Shown piece by piece: positions 62,559 through 64,000 of a DNA stretch of 64,000 bases; position 1 is the first letter of the stretch; every line of letters starts with the position of its first letter. Origin of the DNA: Candidatus Woesearchaeota archaeon (GTDB lineage: Archaea; Nanobdellota; Nanobdellia; Pacearchaeales; GW2011-AR1); NCBI GenBank assembly GCA_964612895.1, contig CAZTFL010000001.1, forward strand, positions 510,223 to 574,222, in the 5' to 3' direction. A model generated the notes under the pieces. That model did no database searches. It was not told the origin of the DNA and worked only from the letters and a program-made list of their open reading frames with translations. The translations under genes and the position numbers were made by a program.

Positions 62559-63058
62559 TATTTCAATTTATGGATAATTCTAAGAAAAAAAAATTTATTA
62601 ATGGAATTTCTAATTTTGGAATTTCAAAAATAGATGAAACTTTGATAAAATGGGGAAATGAAAGAGTTCGTGCTTATACTGGAAGTTTGAATAGACAAGA
62701 TGTTGCTGCTTTAGTTGGAATTGCTCCAATAGAGGGTATTGGATTATATGTAGGTAGAGATAGTATTGATAAAAAGAATGGAAAACATGAATATAGATTA
62801 AGTATGGATTCTGTTCATTTATGGAAATATAAAATTAAAAGCGATATTCTGAAATTGGATAAATCTCAAGAAAAAGATTGGTTTTTTGGTAAAGATATAG
62901 AACTTTCATTAGAACAAAAAAAAGATATGAAAGGATTCGTTGTTGTTGCTTCAAAAGAAGATGGTGATTATATAGGAATTGGGAAAGTGAGTTCAGAAAA
63001 CATTTTATATAATTTTATTCCAAAAGAAAGAAGAGTAAAGATAAGCGTTATTCATTAA
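62555..63058 (+). CDS. Nip7-like pre-PUA/PUA domain protein
   Basis: C-terminal GFVVVASKEDGDYIGIGKV resembles archaeal Nip7 PUA. ATGA overlap with the NSUN stop. Confidence 0.45.
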   Translation: MIFQFMDNSKKKKFINGISNFGISKIDETLIKWGNERVRAYTGSLNRQDVAALVGIAPIEGIGLYVGRDSIDKKNGKHEYRLSMDSVHLWKYKIKSDILKLDKSQEKDWFFGKDIELSLEQKKDMKGFVVVASKEDGDYIGIGKVSSENILYNFIPKERRVKISVIH

Positions 63059-63101
63059 TTTGAATAACTAAATTTTTATATTGTATTTATTTATTTATAA
63101 C

Positions 63102-64000
63102 ATGGATAGTTATGAAATTGAATGTTATTTGAAAGCTGGAAAAATTGCGGGTCAAATAAAAAAAGATTTAGAGAATGATTTTATTAAGTACGGAATAAAA
63201 TTATTAGATATAGCTGATTTTATAGAATCAAAAACTCACGAACTTGGTGGTGTTCCAGCATTTCCTGTTAATTTAGGAATTAATGATGTTGCGGCTCATT
63301 ATACTCCAATACCAAAAGATGATAAGGTCGCACAAGGACTTCTTAAAATAGATTTTGGTGTATGTGTGGATGGTTATATTGCAGATACTGCCATATGTTT
63401 TGATTTAAGTGAAGATAAAAGATATTCTGAAATAATAAAATTAAATAAAAAAATATTAGATGAGATAAATAGAAAATTAAATACTAATAGTGAAATTAAA
63501 GACGTTGGAGAAATTGCGTCAAATGTATTAGAAAATTTTAATATAAAAAATAATACTAATTATAATTTAGTTCATAGTTTATGTGGTCATGGTTTAGACA
63601 AAGATGTTATTCATACAGGATTAGTTATTCCAAATTATAAAAATAATTCTTCAAAAAAGATAAAAAATATTTCTTTTGCGATTGAGCCATTTATTAGTAC
63701 TGGAAGTGGTGATATATACGAAGGGAAATGTGGAAATATTTATTGTATTAATTCAAATTTAAATGTTAGAGATAAAGACTCTAGAGAAATTTTAACTTTT
63801 ATTAAAGAAAATTATAAAACTAGACCTTTTTGTGAAAGATGGTTAATAAAATCTGGATTTAAAAAAACTAATTATATTTTAAAAATATTAGAGTCGTCTA
63901 AAATAGTATATCATTATCCTATGTTAATGGAAAAAACTAAAGGGATAGTTAGTCAAGTTGAAAATACATTCATTAGTTTTGATGATAAAGTTATCTGTAC
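63102..64000 (+). CDS. map: Type 2 methionine aminopeptidase (3' end outside window)
   Basis: AGKIAGQIKKDL...PAFPVNLGINDVAAHYTP...IDFGVCVDGYIADTA...HSLCGHGL...AIEPFIS. Confidence 0.8.
   Translation, partial: MDSYEIECYLKAGKIAGQIKKDLENDFIKYGIKLLDIADFIESKTHELGGVPAFPVNLGINDVAAHYTPIPKDDKVAQGLLKIDFGVCVDGYIADTAICFDLSEDKRYSEIIKLNKKILDEINRKLNTNSEIKDVGEIASNVLENFNIKNNTNYNLVHSLCGHGLDKDVIHTGLVIPNYKNNSSKKIKNISFAIEPFISTGSGDIYEGKCGNIYCINSNLNVRDKDSREILTFIKENYKTRPFCERWLIKSGFKKTNYILKILESSKIVYHYPMLMEKTKGIVSQVENTFISFDDKVIC

Noticed and set aside
1-64000. Search for CRISPR arrays, cas genes, restriction-modification or toxin-antitoxin pairs, transposases, integrases, prophage genes and rRNA.
   Set aside because: None recognised. 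The only DNA repeats are intragenic or paralog-derived, as listed in the features. No direct-repeat/spacer architecture and no recombinase motifs were seen.

Overview
Very AT-rich archaeal chromosome segment with no rRNA, CRISPR array, transposase or integrase. Compact gene layout, archaeal information-processing genes, many class III (type IV pilin-like) signal peptides and giant Cys-rich surface proteins suggest a small-genome DPANN-type archaeon; the lineage is inference only. Content in order: (1) A replication island: Orc1/Cdc6 3' end, PolD small subunit DP1, a GT2 glycosyltransferase, a hypothetical, then one 2151-aa ORF joining a PolD large-subunit (DP2) catalytic core in frame to a full-length bacterial-type family C polymerase (DnaE/Pol III alpha: PHP, palm, fingers, OB). 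This fusion is the most unusual feature of the window. (2) Zn-ribbon protein, aEF-1beta and a GNAT. (3) A type IV pilus-like locus: overlapping pilin-like genes, an A24 prepilin peptidase, four Cys-patterned pilin paralogs with near-identical 5' modules, tRNA-Leu, 626-aa and 1873-aa surface proteins, then TFB, a FlaJ/TadC-like platform protein and a FlaI-like ATPase interspersed with unrelated genes. (4) Housekeeping and membrane genes: S8e, DRG GTPase, a Dph6-like PP-loop ATPase coupled to a GATase, an ArmA/FmrO-like methyltransferase, an M16 peptidase, tRNA-Val, tRNA-Thr, and Hef split into helicase and nuclease genes. (5) A second surface cluster with 1034-aa and 1817-aa Cys-rich LamG proteins that share a duplicated 3' end and spacer. 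(6) aIF2alpha-Nop10, RFC small and large subunits, a predicted K-turn ahead of L7Ae, then S28e, L24e, an NSUN methyltransferase, a Nip7-like PUA protein and MetAP (3' end truncated by the window). All calls come from reading the translations and from motif recall; no database search was run.
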